Below, one piece after another: positions 38,101 through 46,528 of a stretch of 64,000 nt of DNA. The position numbers and the translations under genes were made by a program. The notes below the pieces were generated by a model, which was not told the origin of the DNA, made no database searches, and was given only the letters and a program-made list of their open reading frames with translations. Positions within the stretch are counted from its first letter, which is position 1, and the number at the start of each line of letters is the position of its first letter. This DNA comes from an uncultured Alphaproteobacteria bacterium (GTDB lineage Bacteria > Pseudomonadota > Alphaproteobacteria > Micavibrionales > UBA2020), in assembly GCA_966211335.1 (NCBI GenBank), contig CBIHNF010000001.1:1242847-1306846 (forward strand), given 5' to 3'.

Positions 38101-38217
38101 GTTCGGGTATTCGCGGATGGCAAGGCGCGTCATGGCGACGAGACCGAGCAGGATAAGGAAGAGGTTCAGGACAGTCGCGAAAACGGGACGGCGGACGGAA
38201 AGTTCGGGAAGAAACAT
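35176..38217 (-). CDS. RND efflux transporter permease (AcrB/HAE1-like)
   Basis: 1013 aa with the 12-TM, two-large-loop layout and a typical N-terminus, MFLPELSVRRPVFATVLNL. Confidence 0.9.
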   Translation of the reverse strand: MFLPELSVRRPVFATVLNLFLILLGLVAMTRLAIREYPNIDEPVVTISTTYLGASAEIMETQVTKILEESLAGIEGIEVMSSISRQEQSQITLRFKISRDSDDAANDVRDRAARVRKSLPDEVDDPVIAKVEADAQPIIYLAFTSDRASAMEITDYADRYVKDRLQNVNGVAQAVILGERRQSMRVWLDPQKLAAAKLTPADIETALRSQNVEIPAGRIESNQREFTVLSETDLRTPEQFDNLILKRDGATFLRLHDVGFAQVAPEDERRVVRFNGENAVALGIIKQSTANPLEVSKAIQKMLPDITRSLPEGMKISIANDTSVFIDRSIKAVYETIFEAIVLVLLVIFFFLRSVRSTLIPLLTIPISMIGVFFIMYILNYTINTLTLLAFVLAIGLVVDDAIVVLENIFRHIEEGKKPRAAAIQGGTEIGFAVIAMTITLAAVYAPMAFTQGKTGKLFVEFALTLAGAVLISGFIALTLTPMLASRILKHETSHGRLFNIIEAFFDKISAGYQRLLGLALGWRLGIIVIGLAVAAANILLLTQLKSELAPIEDRGNIVVNVTAPEGSTIGYTEKWMRALEPIFKQYPEVDKTFVVAGSPTVSQGIAFGRMTPWENRKRKQQDIVKELAPKIVAATAGVSAFPINPPSLGASARSKPIQVDILTSGTYAELDPVMQKLVQDLADYPGIANVDTDLKMNKPQLTVHLDRDKTAAVDADVDVVGRTLETMLGGRQVTRYKDRGEQYDVIVQMTDAERTKPQDLTDIYVRTNKGDMVKLNNLLDVTETVAPTALNHFNQLRAAELSASVAPGYSLGEVLQHVVDRAHAVLPPGFIIDYNGESREFLSSSSSIATTFALALAFIFLVLSAQFESFVTPFIIMLSVPLSIAGALLALYLTGGTLNIYSEIGLVTLIGLITKHGILIVEFANQQQEIEGLPKMEAVKKSAALRLRPILMTTGAMVLGALPLALAGGAGAESRQQIGWVIIGGMTIGTFFTLFVVPVVYSLLAKQYVKEE

Positions 38218-38218
38218 G

Positions 38219-39370
38219 TTATTTCCCCGCCGGCGCGTTGCTGTCGGCAGGTGCCGCGGTTTTCGGCGCTGGTGTTGCCGTTGGGTCTACCTGCGGCTCT
38301 ACATCGGCGGGAATGTCCTTGGTCTTGGCGACTTCCTTGACCGGCGCGCCGTCTTTCAGCTTCAAAAGACCTGCGGTAATGACGCGATCGCCGGCTTTGA
38401 CGCCGTCGGTTGCTTCGACAAAGCCTGTCTGACGGATACCAAGGCTGATTTTGCGGTAGCTGGCCTTGCCATTGTCATACAGAAAGACATAGCTGTCATC
38501 GCCCTGCGGCACGATGGCTTCTTCCGGCACCATAACGACATTGTCTCGCGCAGTGGTCACAACATCGATGCGCGCATACATGCCGGGGCGCAGACGCATA
38601 TCCGGGTTCGGAATATTCGCCTTTACCGTGAAGTTCCGGTTCTCCACATTGATGCGGGGGTCGATGGCGTAAATCGTGCCCTTGAATTTCTCGCCGGGGA
38701 ACGCATCCACGCTAAAGGTAATTTCCTGATCCGGATGAATGGCTGCATAATTTTTCTCTGGCACGGAGAATTCAATTTTCAACGGATTGAGGGAAACGAC
38801 GGAGGTGAGCATCTTGCCCACTTCCGCATAATCGCCCGGGCTGAAGTCGCGCAGACCTGCGATGCCGTCAAAGGGCGCCTTGATGCTGGTTTTTTCCAGC
38901 TGGATGCGCGCGTTATCGGCCGCGGCTTGCGCCGACTGCATATCGGCGCGGGAAGTATCCCACTGCTGCGTCGCGATGAAGCCCGTTTTCTTCAGCTTGT
39001 CTTCACGCTGGAAAATCGCGCTGGCGACGCCAAGGGCGGCATTGGCCTTGGCAAGTTCTGTCTCGATAAGGCTGGAATCCATTTTCACCAGTACATCGCC
39101 GGCTTTTACAGCTTGGCCTTCCGAAAACTGGATGGAGTCAATTTGGCCCGCGATTTCGGGATGGATCTCTGCTGACTCGCCAGCCAGGAGGGAGCCGACA
39201 GCGGAGATGGAGCTCATGACGCGCCGCGTCTCTAGCGTGACGACTTCAACGGCCTGCGGGCCCTTCGGCGGTTGTGTCACGTCCGTCTTGTGCTTATGCC
39301 AGAAGTAGGCGCCACCGCCGACGGCGAGCAGCGCGACAAGGGCAAGGGCGAGGATGGCGGGGCGTTTCAT
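38219..39370 (-). CDS. RND periplasmic adaptor (membrane fusion protein)
   Basis: Signal/anchor MKRPAILALALVALLAV, with coiled-coil and beta-barrel segments. GGAGA SD lies 7 nt before the ATG at 39370. The stop is 1 nt before the RND start. Confidence 0.88.
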   Translation of the reverse strand: MKRPAILALALVALLAVGGGAYFWHKHKTDVTQPPKGPQAVEVVTLETRRVMSSISAVGSLLAGESAEIHPEIAGQIDSIQFSEGQAVKAGDVLVKMDSSLIETELAKANAALGVASAIFQREDKLKKTGFIATQQWDTSRADMQSAQAAADNARIQLEKTSIKAPFDGIAGLRDFSPGDYAEVGKMLTSVVSLNPLKIEFSVPEKNYAAIHPDQEITFSVDAFPGEKFKGTIYAIDPRINVENRNFTVKANIPNPDMRLRPGMYARIDVVTTARDNVVMVPEEAIVPQGDDSYVFLYDNGKASYRKISLGIRQTGFVEATDGVKAGDRVITAGLLKLKDGAPVKEVAKTKDIPADVEPQVDPTATPAPKTAAPADSNAPAGK

Positions 39371-39634
39371 TTTAAGGTCTCCGGTCGAAAATTCGGAAGT
39401 CATGTTTTCACGAAAAAGCTAGCATGAACCTGCGGTCGATACGAATATTTTCATATCTGTAAATATGGATATGGGAATGGCTTTCGCCGCCATGGCCGCA
39501 TTGCCCCCTGCAAATATCGCGCCTAGTATGTGACTGGTAAAAAGTTCCTTTCATACATGCGTTTTATTTTTTAGAAAGTTCATCGCTTGGCTCCCGTCAA
39601 ACCCACGCTCAACATCGTCAAAGGACAACCCCCC

Positions 39635-40441
39635 ATGGATTCCGGCATCGCCAAAAAACTCGTACTGCTCGTCGTTATTCTGCTGATCGGCGCTTACTTC
39701 TTCGCCTCCACCGTCATCGTGGTTGATGCAGGCCATACAGGCGTCAAGAAAACCCTCGGCAAGGTTGCGGAGGAGGCTTATCCGCCTGGCCTCTATATCG
39801 TCGTGCCAATGATTTCGAGCATTACCCAAATCGACAACCGCGTGCAGAAATATGAATCCGATACCGCCGTTTACACCAAGGACGTGCAGCAGGCGGATGT
39901 GAAATACGCCATCAACTACGCGCTCGATCCGTCATCCACCGTCAAGATTTACACGACCGTCGGGTCAGAATGGGCGAACAAGCTTATCCCGCAGGTCATC
40001 ACGTCCTCGATGAAGAACGTGATCGGCCAGTGGGCAGCAATGGATTTGATTTCCAACCGCCTGAAAGCCCAGCTGGATATCGAGACGATGATTTCGGAGA
40101 ACCTGAAGGAACACGGCATCACCGTGACGGGCTTCTCCCTCACCAACATCGATTTCCAGACCCAGTTCGAACAGGCGGTGGAAGCGAAGGTCGTCGCGGT
40201 GCAGAGCGCCGAGATGGCCAAGAACCAGACCGTGCAGATTGAGGAGCAGGCAAAGCAGCGCGTCATTTCCGCCAAGGCAGATGCCGAGGCGATGATGATC
40301 AAGACCGACGCGCTGACGAAGAACCAGTCGCTGATCATGTATGAAGCGGTTCAGAAGTGGAACGGCGAACTGCCGAAAATCATTACCTCCGGCGGTGGCA
40401 GCCTGCTGAACATTCCGGAAGGCCTGCTGAAAGAGAAGTAA
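39635..40441 (+). CDS. SPFH / Band 7 (prohibitin-like) membrane protein
   Basis: N-terminal TM segment LVLLVVILLIGAYFF, an SPFH core, then a coiled coil (AVEAKVVAVQSAEMAKNQTVQIEEQAKQR). The ATG at 39635 is preferred over 39587. Confidence 0.8.
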   Translation: MDSGIAKKLVLLVVILLIGAYFFASTVIVVDAGHTGVKKTLGKVAEEAYPPGLYIVVPMISSITQIDNRVQKYESDTAVYTKDVQQADVKYAINYALDPSSTVKIYTTVGSEWANKLIPQVITSSMKNVIGQWAAMDLISNRLKAQLDIETMISENLKEHGITVTGFSLTNIDFQTQFEQAVEAKVVAVQSAEMAKNQTVQIEEQAKQRVISAKADAEAMMIKTDALTKNQSLIMYEAVQKWNGELPKIITSGGGSLLNIPEGLLKEK

Positions 40442-40457
40442 TCAGCGTTTCTTCAAG

Positions 40458-41291
40458 TCAATTGCTATTGGCGGCCGTTGCAAAAACAGGGGCCGCCAAT
40501 TTCTTTTGCGCGGCAAGCCGTTCTTCCACTTTATCAAAGATGTCCTGCGGCAGCGCCTGCTGCAGCGCGACGAGGCGGTCGATGATTTCCGCCTCCGTCT
40601 GCCGCGCGGTATCGAAGGCGGGGCGCAGTTTCATGTCCTGGAGAGCCGATGTATTGTTGGTGCTGAGACCAACCGTCGCGACGTCAACCGTATTACCCTG
40701 CTTGTCGTGCACCAGCTTCAGTCCGGGCTCGGAAAATTCATAGGCTTTGAGACCGGCGTCATACTTACCGCTTTCCAGCACCTCGACCCGCGCGGTCTCG
40801 GCCTCGACGGATTTGATAATCCGGCGCACGGTGTCGGACGTAGATTCCTGGCTTGCCTGCTGGAAAGCACCAGCGATATTCATGATGCGCACCTGTGCCT
40901 GATGCAACCGGCATAAATCAGCGCGCGTGCCCCGCACCAGCTGGCTGGCGAAATTGCGTTCGGTGATGATTTCTTTGCGTGTGCGCAAGGACTGGGAAAA
41001 CTCCAAAGCGAACATGCCGACGCCCGCGACGGCAAGCCCCGCCGCAACCCATGCCATCGCATCCATTGAAACAATCGCGATGGCAGAAGCCCAGAGGAGG
41101 CGGGTGCCGAAGGAGCGCGACGTATCGATCATCGTCGAGCCGAAAGCGGTCTCCGTCGTTTCGGGCATGTTTTTGCGGGGGCTGGTGAACAGCGACCAGA
41201 AGGTGGTGGGGTCGCTGCGGTAGTTGCCTTCCGTCAGGACCTGCTGGAACTTGTCGTAGGCATCGCGGATTTTCTCGAGCAAAGCCGGCAC
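40458..41291 (-). CDS. Hypothetical protein with a central TM hairpin
   Basis: 277 aa with a GTG start. It has one hydrophobic hairpin (LLWASAIAIVSMDAMAWVAAGLAVAGVGMFAL) and no recognisable motif. Confidence 0.5.
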   Translation of the reverse strand: MPALLEKIRDAYDKFQQVLTEGNYRSDPTTFWSLFTSPRKNMPETTETAFGSTMIDTSRSFGTRLLWASAIAIVSMDAMAWVAAGLAVAGVGMFALEFSQSLRTRKEIITERNFASQLVRGTRADLCRLHQAQVRIMNIAGAFQQASQESTSDTVRRIIKSVEAETARVEVLESGKYDAGLKAYEFSEPGLKLVHDKQGNTVDVATVGLSTNNTSALQDMKLRPAFDTARQTEAEIIDRLVALQQALPQDIFDKVEERLAAQKKLAAPVFATAANSN

Positions 41292-41377
41292 CGGAAATTG
41301 TGAAAGGGTAAGGCCACTTTAGCCGATTTTACCGAAATCGGCAAGTTTATGACAATCTTTTGGAATCCCAGCCTTAT

Positions 41378-42091
41378 TTAGCGGCTTTCCGCCGCATGGA
41401 GAAAGTTTCCGGTCAGGAGAAAGCTGCGTGTCTGGCGAATAACGGATGCATTCTCCGGCATGAATGTGTGCGTGACGGGCAAAATCAGCCGGTCTTTCAT
41501 GCCGGCCAGCGCAGTGCTCTTCACAGAAACCTTGCCGTCGTCGGCACCCGGAATAATTGCGGAGGAGGCTGGGTCGATGCTGCGCGTGCCGGCGATAACG
41601 CCGAGGTCGTAATCAACAGGCCCGAAGGCCGCGCCAGCGTTCCATGTCGTCGTTAGTTCCTGTCCCGCCGCGCCGCCAAAGCGCTTATACAGTTTTGCGT
41701 CTTTCAGCAGGTCAGCGACCTCGCTGCCGTGGTTTGGCGTGCCTAACAGGACCATCCGCCCCATATGCTGCGGCGGGTAGGCTGTGACATAGGCGCGTGC
41801 GATAAGGCCGCCCATCGAATGACCGACGAAACTGACAGGCTTGTTTTTATCTTTCACGAAACTGTCAATCTGCGGCCAGATCAGTTCGACAAGATTGCGA
41901 ATGTCATAGGAGCGGGAGGGATAATCGAGGTTCAGCACAATAAAGCCGTGTGCTGTAAAATCCCGCTGCATTCTCGCCATGATATGCGGTGACCGGCTAT
42001 GCCCGTGAAGGAGTATGACATAGCCATGATCAGCAGCGAGGGCTGGCGTAGCCAGTAGCATCAGGGAAAATAAGAAGGCGATAAGTTTCAA
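41378..42091 (-). CDS. Secreted alpha/beta-hydrolase (esterase/lipase-like)
   Basis: Signal peptide MKLIAFLFSLMLLATPALA|AD and nucleophile elbow GHSMGG. The TTG start overlaps the upstream stop (TTGA). Confidence 0.75.
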   Translation of the reverse strand: MKLIAFLFSLMLLATPALAADHGYVILLHGHSRSPHIMARMQRDFTAHGFIVLNLDYPSRSYDIRNLVELIWPQIDSFVKDKNKPVSFVGHSMGGLIARAYVTAYPPQHMGRMVLLGTPNHGSEVADLLKDAKLYKRFGGAAGQELTTTWNAGAAFGPVDYDLGVIAGTRSIDPASSAIIPGADDGKVSVKSTALAGMKDRLILPVTHTFMPENASVIRQTRSFLLTGNFLHAAESR

Positions 42092-43152
42092 GCCAGCGTT
42101 TCCGCAACCAGGTTCTGGAAGTAGGCGAGGCCGTTCTCGTGGCGCGGGGAAAGTTCGCCGGTGCGGTAAACGCCGGCGGCAAGGTTGCGCTGCACGATCT
42201 CGCAGATGTCGATATCTTCCTGTGTCACAAGGAAGCTGAGATCGATGGCTTTCTGGTTTTCAACCGCCGCCGCATCGGAAATATCGCGGAACAGGTAACA
42301 GTAGCGCAGTTCCGATGTATCAGGGCCCGTCGGCATGACAATTTCAAGGTTCATGCCGTTTTTGTAAATGTTCAGGGCGACGTTCGGCCACAGCCAGACC
42401 CAGACACCATTGTTGACGGCGTCTTTCGCCCGGTCGGCCTTGAGGCCGGTTTCGTGGCGTGCGATGCGCTTGCCGGGAATGACCTTGTAGGTCGCGAAGT
42501 CCACATCCTTGTTCAACTCCGGGTGAATGGCGGGAATGTGGTAGCCCTCCATGTAATTCTCGATGTAGGTCTTCCAGTTGCACTTCATCGGGTGGACAGC
42601 CATGCTGAAAAACTTGTAGTCCGCAAGGCCAAGGCCGGTCAGTGCGGCCGGCAGGTCGCCAAGGCTTGTCTCGAAATCCGGCGCCTTGTCGGCCATGCAA
42701 ATGAAGACAAGCCCGTCGCGGCTTTGCACATGCACGGGAAATAATGATGTGCGCTGGCACAAATCAGCCTCATCCCCGCCGAAGCCGGGCGTCTTGCAGA
42801 GGTGACCATCCGTATCATAAACCCAGCCATGGTACATGCAGCGCAGCACTGCGGTTGTGCCGTGGCCTTCCTTCAGCACCATGGAGGCACGGTGGCGGCA
42901 GACGTTGTGGAAGGATTTCAGTGCGCCGTCCTTGCCGCGTATGACAAATACCGGCCGCCCCGCAACGGTATAGGCGACATAGCTGCCCGGTGTTTTCAAC
43001 AACGCTTCGTGGCAGAACAGCATCCAGTCCTTAAAGAAAAGTTTCTGCTGTTCAGCCGCATAAATCGAGGGGTCATGATAGTAGCTGGCGGGAAGAGTGA
43101 CGGCATTTGCCATGGAAACGGGGGCGAGGGGCATGGCGGAGGTTTTGCTCAT
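42088..43152 (-). CDS. Rieske [2Fe-2S] non-heme-iron oxygenase, alpha-subunit type
   Basis: Rieske motif CRHRASMV...CMYHGW and mononuclear-iron region EGYHIPAIHPEL. GAAGGA SD precedes the ATG at 43152. The track start at 43338 is over-extended. Confidence 0.85.
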   Translation of the reverse strand: MSKTSAMPLAPVSMANAVTLPASYYHDPSIYAAEQQKLFFKDWMLFCHEALLKTPGSYVAYTVAGRPVFVIRGKDGALKSFHNVCRHRASMVLKEGHGTTAVLRCMYHGWVYDTDGHLCKTPGFGGDEADLCQRTSLFPVHVQSRDGLVFICMADKAPDFETSLGDLPAALTGLGLADYKFFSMAVHPMKCNWKTYIENYMEGYHIPAIHPELNKDVDFATYKVIPGKRIARHETGLKADRAKDAVNNGVWVWLWPNVALNIYKNGMNLEIVMPTGPDTSELRYCYLFRDISDAAAVENQKAIDLSFLVTQEDIDICEIVQRNLAAGVYRTGELSPRHENGLAYFQNLVAETLA

Positions 43153-43234
43153 CGGTTGGCATCCTTCTCGAAGCATCGCGAATTTTATGTTCCCGCAGTC
43201 TAGTGACAAACGTGTTCGGGTCAACAGTCCCCCG

Positions 43235-43298
43235 CTTTGGAAAGCAGATACTTGCCAAAGGCTATTATTTTCTTTCCAAAGGGGTGATTTTTGGAAAA
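43235..43298 (+). promoter_or_regulatory. Array of four related half-sites upstream of the GGDEF gene
   Basis: CTTTGGAAAG (43235), CTTGCCAAAGG (43251), CTTTCCAAAGG (43272) and TTTTGGAAAA (43289). TTTGGAAA and TTTCCAAA are reverse complements. The two CCAAAGG copies are 21 nt apart. Confidence 0.35.
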
Positions 43299-43377
43299 TG
43301 GGTGCCATTTTAACCTTTTGGGTATTACGCTGGGTCATTCGGCGTTATAATTAAGAACACTGCAGGTATAGGGTTCC

Positions 43378-44412
43378 ATGACAGACACTTCAAAGACACC
43401 GGCAATATCCAGCAAAAAAGAAAAATCCTACGCCATCACCGTGAGGGCGCTGGAAAAAATCGACCAGGTCGGCCTGCCTTCCAGTCCGCAGTTCTATGAG
43501 CTGTGGTATCGCTATTTCGATGGCGACCCCGAAATCGTCCGCGCCATCAACACCCACCAGGGCCCGCTGGATGAAGCGGCCTGCCAGAAAATTTACGCAC
43601 GCTTTGTCGCCGCCGGCCAGAATGATGGCGCGGTGCGCAAAGTCAGCGACCAGGTGCAGACCTCTATCGTCGAGCTGGTCGGCATGCTGAAAAGCGCGAC
43701 CTCCGCAACGCAGCAATATAACGACTCCCTCGGCGGCGTTTCCGAAAGCCTTGAAAAGGCGGGCAGCATCGAGGATCTCGGCAGCGTGATTTCCGACATC
43801 GTGCAGGAAACCCGCAAGATGCTCACGAAGAACCACGAGCTGGAAGAGCACCTTGCAAGCTCCGCGACCAAAGTGACAGAGCTCAAGCAGTATCTCGAGA
43901 CGGTCAAGAAGGAAGCCAGCACCGACAGCCTTACCGGCATCGCCAACCGCAAGGCTTTTGACAAGAGGCTGATGGATTCCATCGAAGAAAGCATCACGGG
44001 CAAACAGCCGATGGTGCTCATGATGATCGATATCGACTTCTTCAAAAAGTTTAACGACACCTACGGCCATCCGGCGGGCGACCAGATACTGCGCCTTGTC
44101 GCGCGGACGCTGCTCAGCAACGTTAAAGGCCAGGATATGGCCGCGCGTTACGGCGGGGAAGAATTCGCGATTATCCTTCCGGCAACACCGTTGTCGGCGG
44201 GTCTGCGTGTAGCTGAAGTGCTGCGCAAGGCTGTCGAGAGCAAGGAAGTCACCAATAAGGTCAGCAACGAGCGTCTCGGCAGCATTTCGATTTCCGTCGG
44301 CGTTGCCGAATATGTTGTCGGAGAAAGCTCTGAAGACCTGATTACACGCGCGGATACCGCGCTGTATGAAGCCAAGCGCACGGGGCGCAACAAAGTCTGC
44401 AAAGCAGGATGA
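43378..44412 (+). CDS. Diguanylate cyclase (GGDEF) with a coiled-coil N-terminal region
   Basis: Active site RYGGEEFAI, DSLTGIANRKAF, and a helical N-terminal half of about 170 aa. Confidence 0.88.
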   Translation: MTDTSKTPAISSKKEKSYAITVRALEKIDQVGLPSSPQFYELWYRYFDGDPEIVRAINTHQGPLDEAACQKIYARFVAAGQNDGAVRKVSDQVQTSIVELVGMLKSATSATQQYNDSLGGVSESLEKAGSIEDLGSVISDIVQETRKMLTKNHELEEHLASSATKVTELKQYLETVKKEASTDSLTGIANRKAFDKRLMDSIEESITGKQPMVLMMIDIDFFKKFNDTYGHPAGDQILRLVARTLLSNVKGQDMAARYGGEEFAIILPATPLSAGLRVAEVLRKAVESKEVTNKVSNERLGSISISVGVAEYVVGESSEDLITRADTALYEAKRTGRNKVCKAG

Positions 44413-45053
44413 AACACATGAACCGCTACAAGCTGTCTCTTCTCGCTCTTGCGTTGTGCCTGATGCTGCTGCCGCATACGGCGCGCGCCGCTGTGCAGAC
44501 GCTGGATTTTTCTGTGATGCGCAAGGGCGGGGAAATCGGCACGCATAGCCTGCAGATCAACCGCAATGGCGATAAAACCCTTGTCACCATCAAGACCCGC
44601 GTGACGGTGAAATTCCTCTTCGCAACGGTATATTCCTTTACGTTCGACGGCACGGAGAGCTGGGAAAAAGGCAAGCTGGTCGCCTTGAGCAATACCAGCA
44701 ACGACAATGGCGAAAAACATAACGTGTCCGTCAAAAAAGTGGATGGCAAACTCATGCTGACCACGGATGGCAAAACCTCCGAACTGCCGGATGATATCCT
44801 GCCCTCGAGCTGGTGGAACAAGTCGCTGGTTAGGGAAAGCGAATTGCTTGACATCATCAAGGGTCGCGTTGCCAAGGTGACGATCAAGAAGGGTGCCAGC
44901 GAAGATCTAGACGTTCTCGGCAAGGCGATGTCGACCGATATGTACCTTGTTTACGGCGACCTAACCCGCGAGGTCTGGTATGCAAAAGATGGCACGATGG
45001 TAAAGCAGTCTTTCTATAAAAAAGGCGAGCAGATCGAATATATCCGGAAATGA
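44409..45053 (+). CDS. Secreted protein of unknown function (beta-rich)
   Basis: Signal peptide LSLLALALCLMLLPHTARA|AV. The ATG overlaps the GGDEF stop (ATGA). An alternative ATG at 44418 has AGGA 9 nt upstream. Confidence 0.6.
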   Translation: MKHMNRYKLSLLALALCLMLLPHTARAAVQTLDFSVMRKGGEIGTHSLQINRNGDKTLVTIKTRVTVKFLFATVYSFTFDGTESWEKGKLVALSNTSNDNGEKHNVSVKKVDGKLMLTTDGKTSELPDDILPSSWWNKSLVRESELLDIIKGRVAKVTIKKGASEDLDVLGKAMSTDMYLVYGDLTREVWYAKDGTMVKQSFYKKGEQIEYIRK

Positions 45054-45131
45054 TGCTGCGTCGCAGCACAACAAGATAGCACCACTCGCCCGAATTTATC
45101 CTGAACACCTGTGCGTATAGCGAAAACACCC

Positions 45132-45159
45132 TTAACAGCAGGTAAGGTTGCGCTACAAT
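45132..45159 (+). promoter_or_regulatory. Sigma-70-like promoter candidate for the FadL-family gene
   Basis: TTAACA (45132-45137), 16-nt spacer, TACAAT (45154-45159), about 45 nt upstream of the ATG. Confidence 0.3.
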
Positions 45160-45204
45160 GACGTCAGAACTTCCACGCAAGGTTTTGTCAGGAGATTACG
45201 GTTC

Positions 45205-46479
45205 ATGCAACTTTCCAAGAAACTAGGCTTCGTCGTTATCGCAGCATTGTTGGGCACATCCACGGCTGCGCAGGCCGGCGGCTTCTACATTCAGGAACAA
45301 AGCGTTTCAGGGCAGGGCTCCGCCTTTGCCGGCGCGCAGGCCGAGGCGCGCGATGCCTCCGTTCTCTTCAACAACCCCGCGCTGATGACCGAGCTGAAAG
45401 GCGCGCAGATCACCATCGGCACCAGTGTGCTGATCCCAAGCTCAAAGTTTCAGAATAACGGATCCACCACGACGTTTCCGGCAACTGTGCCGCTGACCGG
45501 CGGCGACGATTCAAACCCCTTCAACGCAACACCGGTGCCGAATATTTATGCCGTGACGCCGCTGGCCGATGACCGCTACTGGCTTGGCATTTCTGTGACG
45601 GCCCCGTTTGGTCTTGCCAACGACTACGGCACGACCTGGGTCGGCCGCTATGACTCGACGAAGACACGCCTGCAGACGATTGACATCTCGCCGCAGCTGG
45701 CCGTGAAAGTGAACAACAAGCTGTCCATCTCCGGCGGCCCTGATTTCCAACGCGCCAGTGGCACGCTGGAAGCCGCCATTCCGACGGGCATCCCGGGTTC
45801 GCCGGCGACGGATGCGCACTCGCGCCTCACGGGCTCCAGCTGGACGGTCGGCTTCAACGCAGGCCTGCTTTACAAGTTCAATGATGCGACACAAGCCGGC
45901 GTGCATTACCGCTCCGGCATGACGCAGAGCCTCGATGGCGCGCTCGCCATCACCGGCCTGCCGGTGCCCTCGCCGGTTCATGCCACGGCCGACCTCAAGC
46001 TGCCGGATATCGTCGAGCTCGGCGTATCACACAAGCTGGACAGCCAGTGGACGCTGCTCGGCAGCGCCAACTGGTACAACTGGAGCAAATTCCAGGGCCT
46101 CACCGTTGTCGCCCCGCCGTTCCCGGCGAACACGACGCAGTTCCACTATAAAGATAGCTTCTCGCTTGCGGCCGGTGCTTCCTACCAGTATTCGGACGCT
46201 TGGACTTTCCGCGGCGGCCTGCAGTTCGACAAGACGCCGACGCAGACGAACTTCCGCTCCTCCCGCGCGCCGGACAGCAATCGTTTCTGGGTGTCGCTTG
46301 GCACCAGCTATAACATCAACCCGCACTTCAGCATCGATGGCGCGGCAACACACATCTTCATGCCTGACAGCGATGTCAATGTGACGGATACCGCCGCAAC
46401 CGGCATCGTGACCAACCTTAAGGGCACGACCAAGAACAGCGTCGACATCCTGTCGCTCGCCGGCACCTATCACTTCTAA
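45205..46479 (+). CDS. Outer-membrane transport protein, FadL/TodX (OMPP1) family
   Basis: Signal peptide ending AAQA, then GGFYIQEQSVSGQGSAFAG. The C-terminal beta-signal ends in Phe (AGTYHF). GGAG lies 10 nt before the ATG at 45205. Confidence 0.85.
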   Translation: MQLSKKLGFVVIAALLGTSTAAQAGGFYIQEQSVSGQGSAFAGAQAEARDASVLFNNPALMTELKGAQITIGTSVLIPSSKFQNNGSTTTFPATVPLTGGDDSNPFNATPVPNIYAVTPLADDRYWLGISVTAPFGLANDYGTTWVGRYDSTKTRLQTIDISPQLAVKVNNKLSISGGPDFQRASGTLEAAIPTGIPGSPATDAHSRLTGSSWTVGFNAGLLYKFNDATQAGVHYRSGMTQSLDGALAITGLPVPSPVHATADLKLPDIVELGVSHKLDSQWTLLGSANWYNWSKFQGLTVVAPPFPANTTQFHYKDSFSLAAGASYQYSDAWTFRGGLQFDKTPTQTNFRSSRAPDSNRFWVSLGTSYNINPHFSIDGAATHIFMPDSDVNVTDTAATGIVTNLKGTTKNSVDILSLAGTYHF

Positions 46480-46494
46480 GCATTTGATTTGAAG

Positions 46495-46528
46495 AAACCG
46501 GCGCCTTTTTAAAGGGCGCCGGTTTTTT
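46495..46528. terminator. Bidirectional terminator between the fadL-like (+) and MFS (-) genes
   Basis: ACCGGCGCC (46497-46505) / GGCGCCGGT (46515-46523), then T6. The T-run overlaps the MFS stop codon at 46527-46529. Confidence 0.8.

Noticed and set aside
43237-43254. A possible sigma-54 promoter (TGG...TTGC) upstream of the GGDEF gene
   Set aside because: TGG and TTGC are separated by 11 nt rather than the 8 nt required by TGGCAC-N5-TTGC. No enhancer-binding protein gene is nearby.
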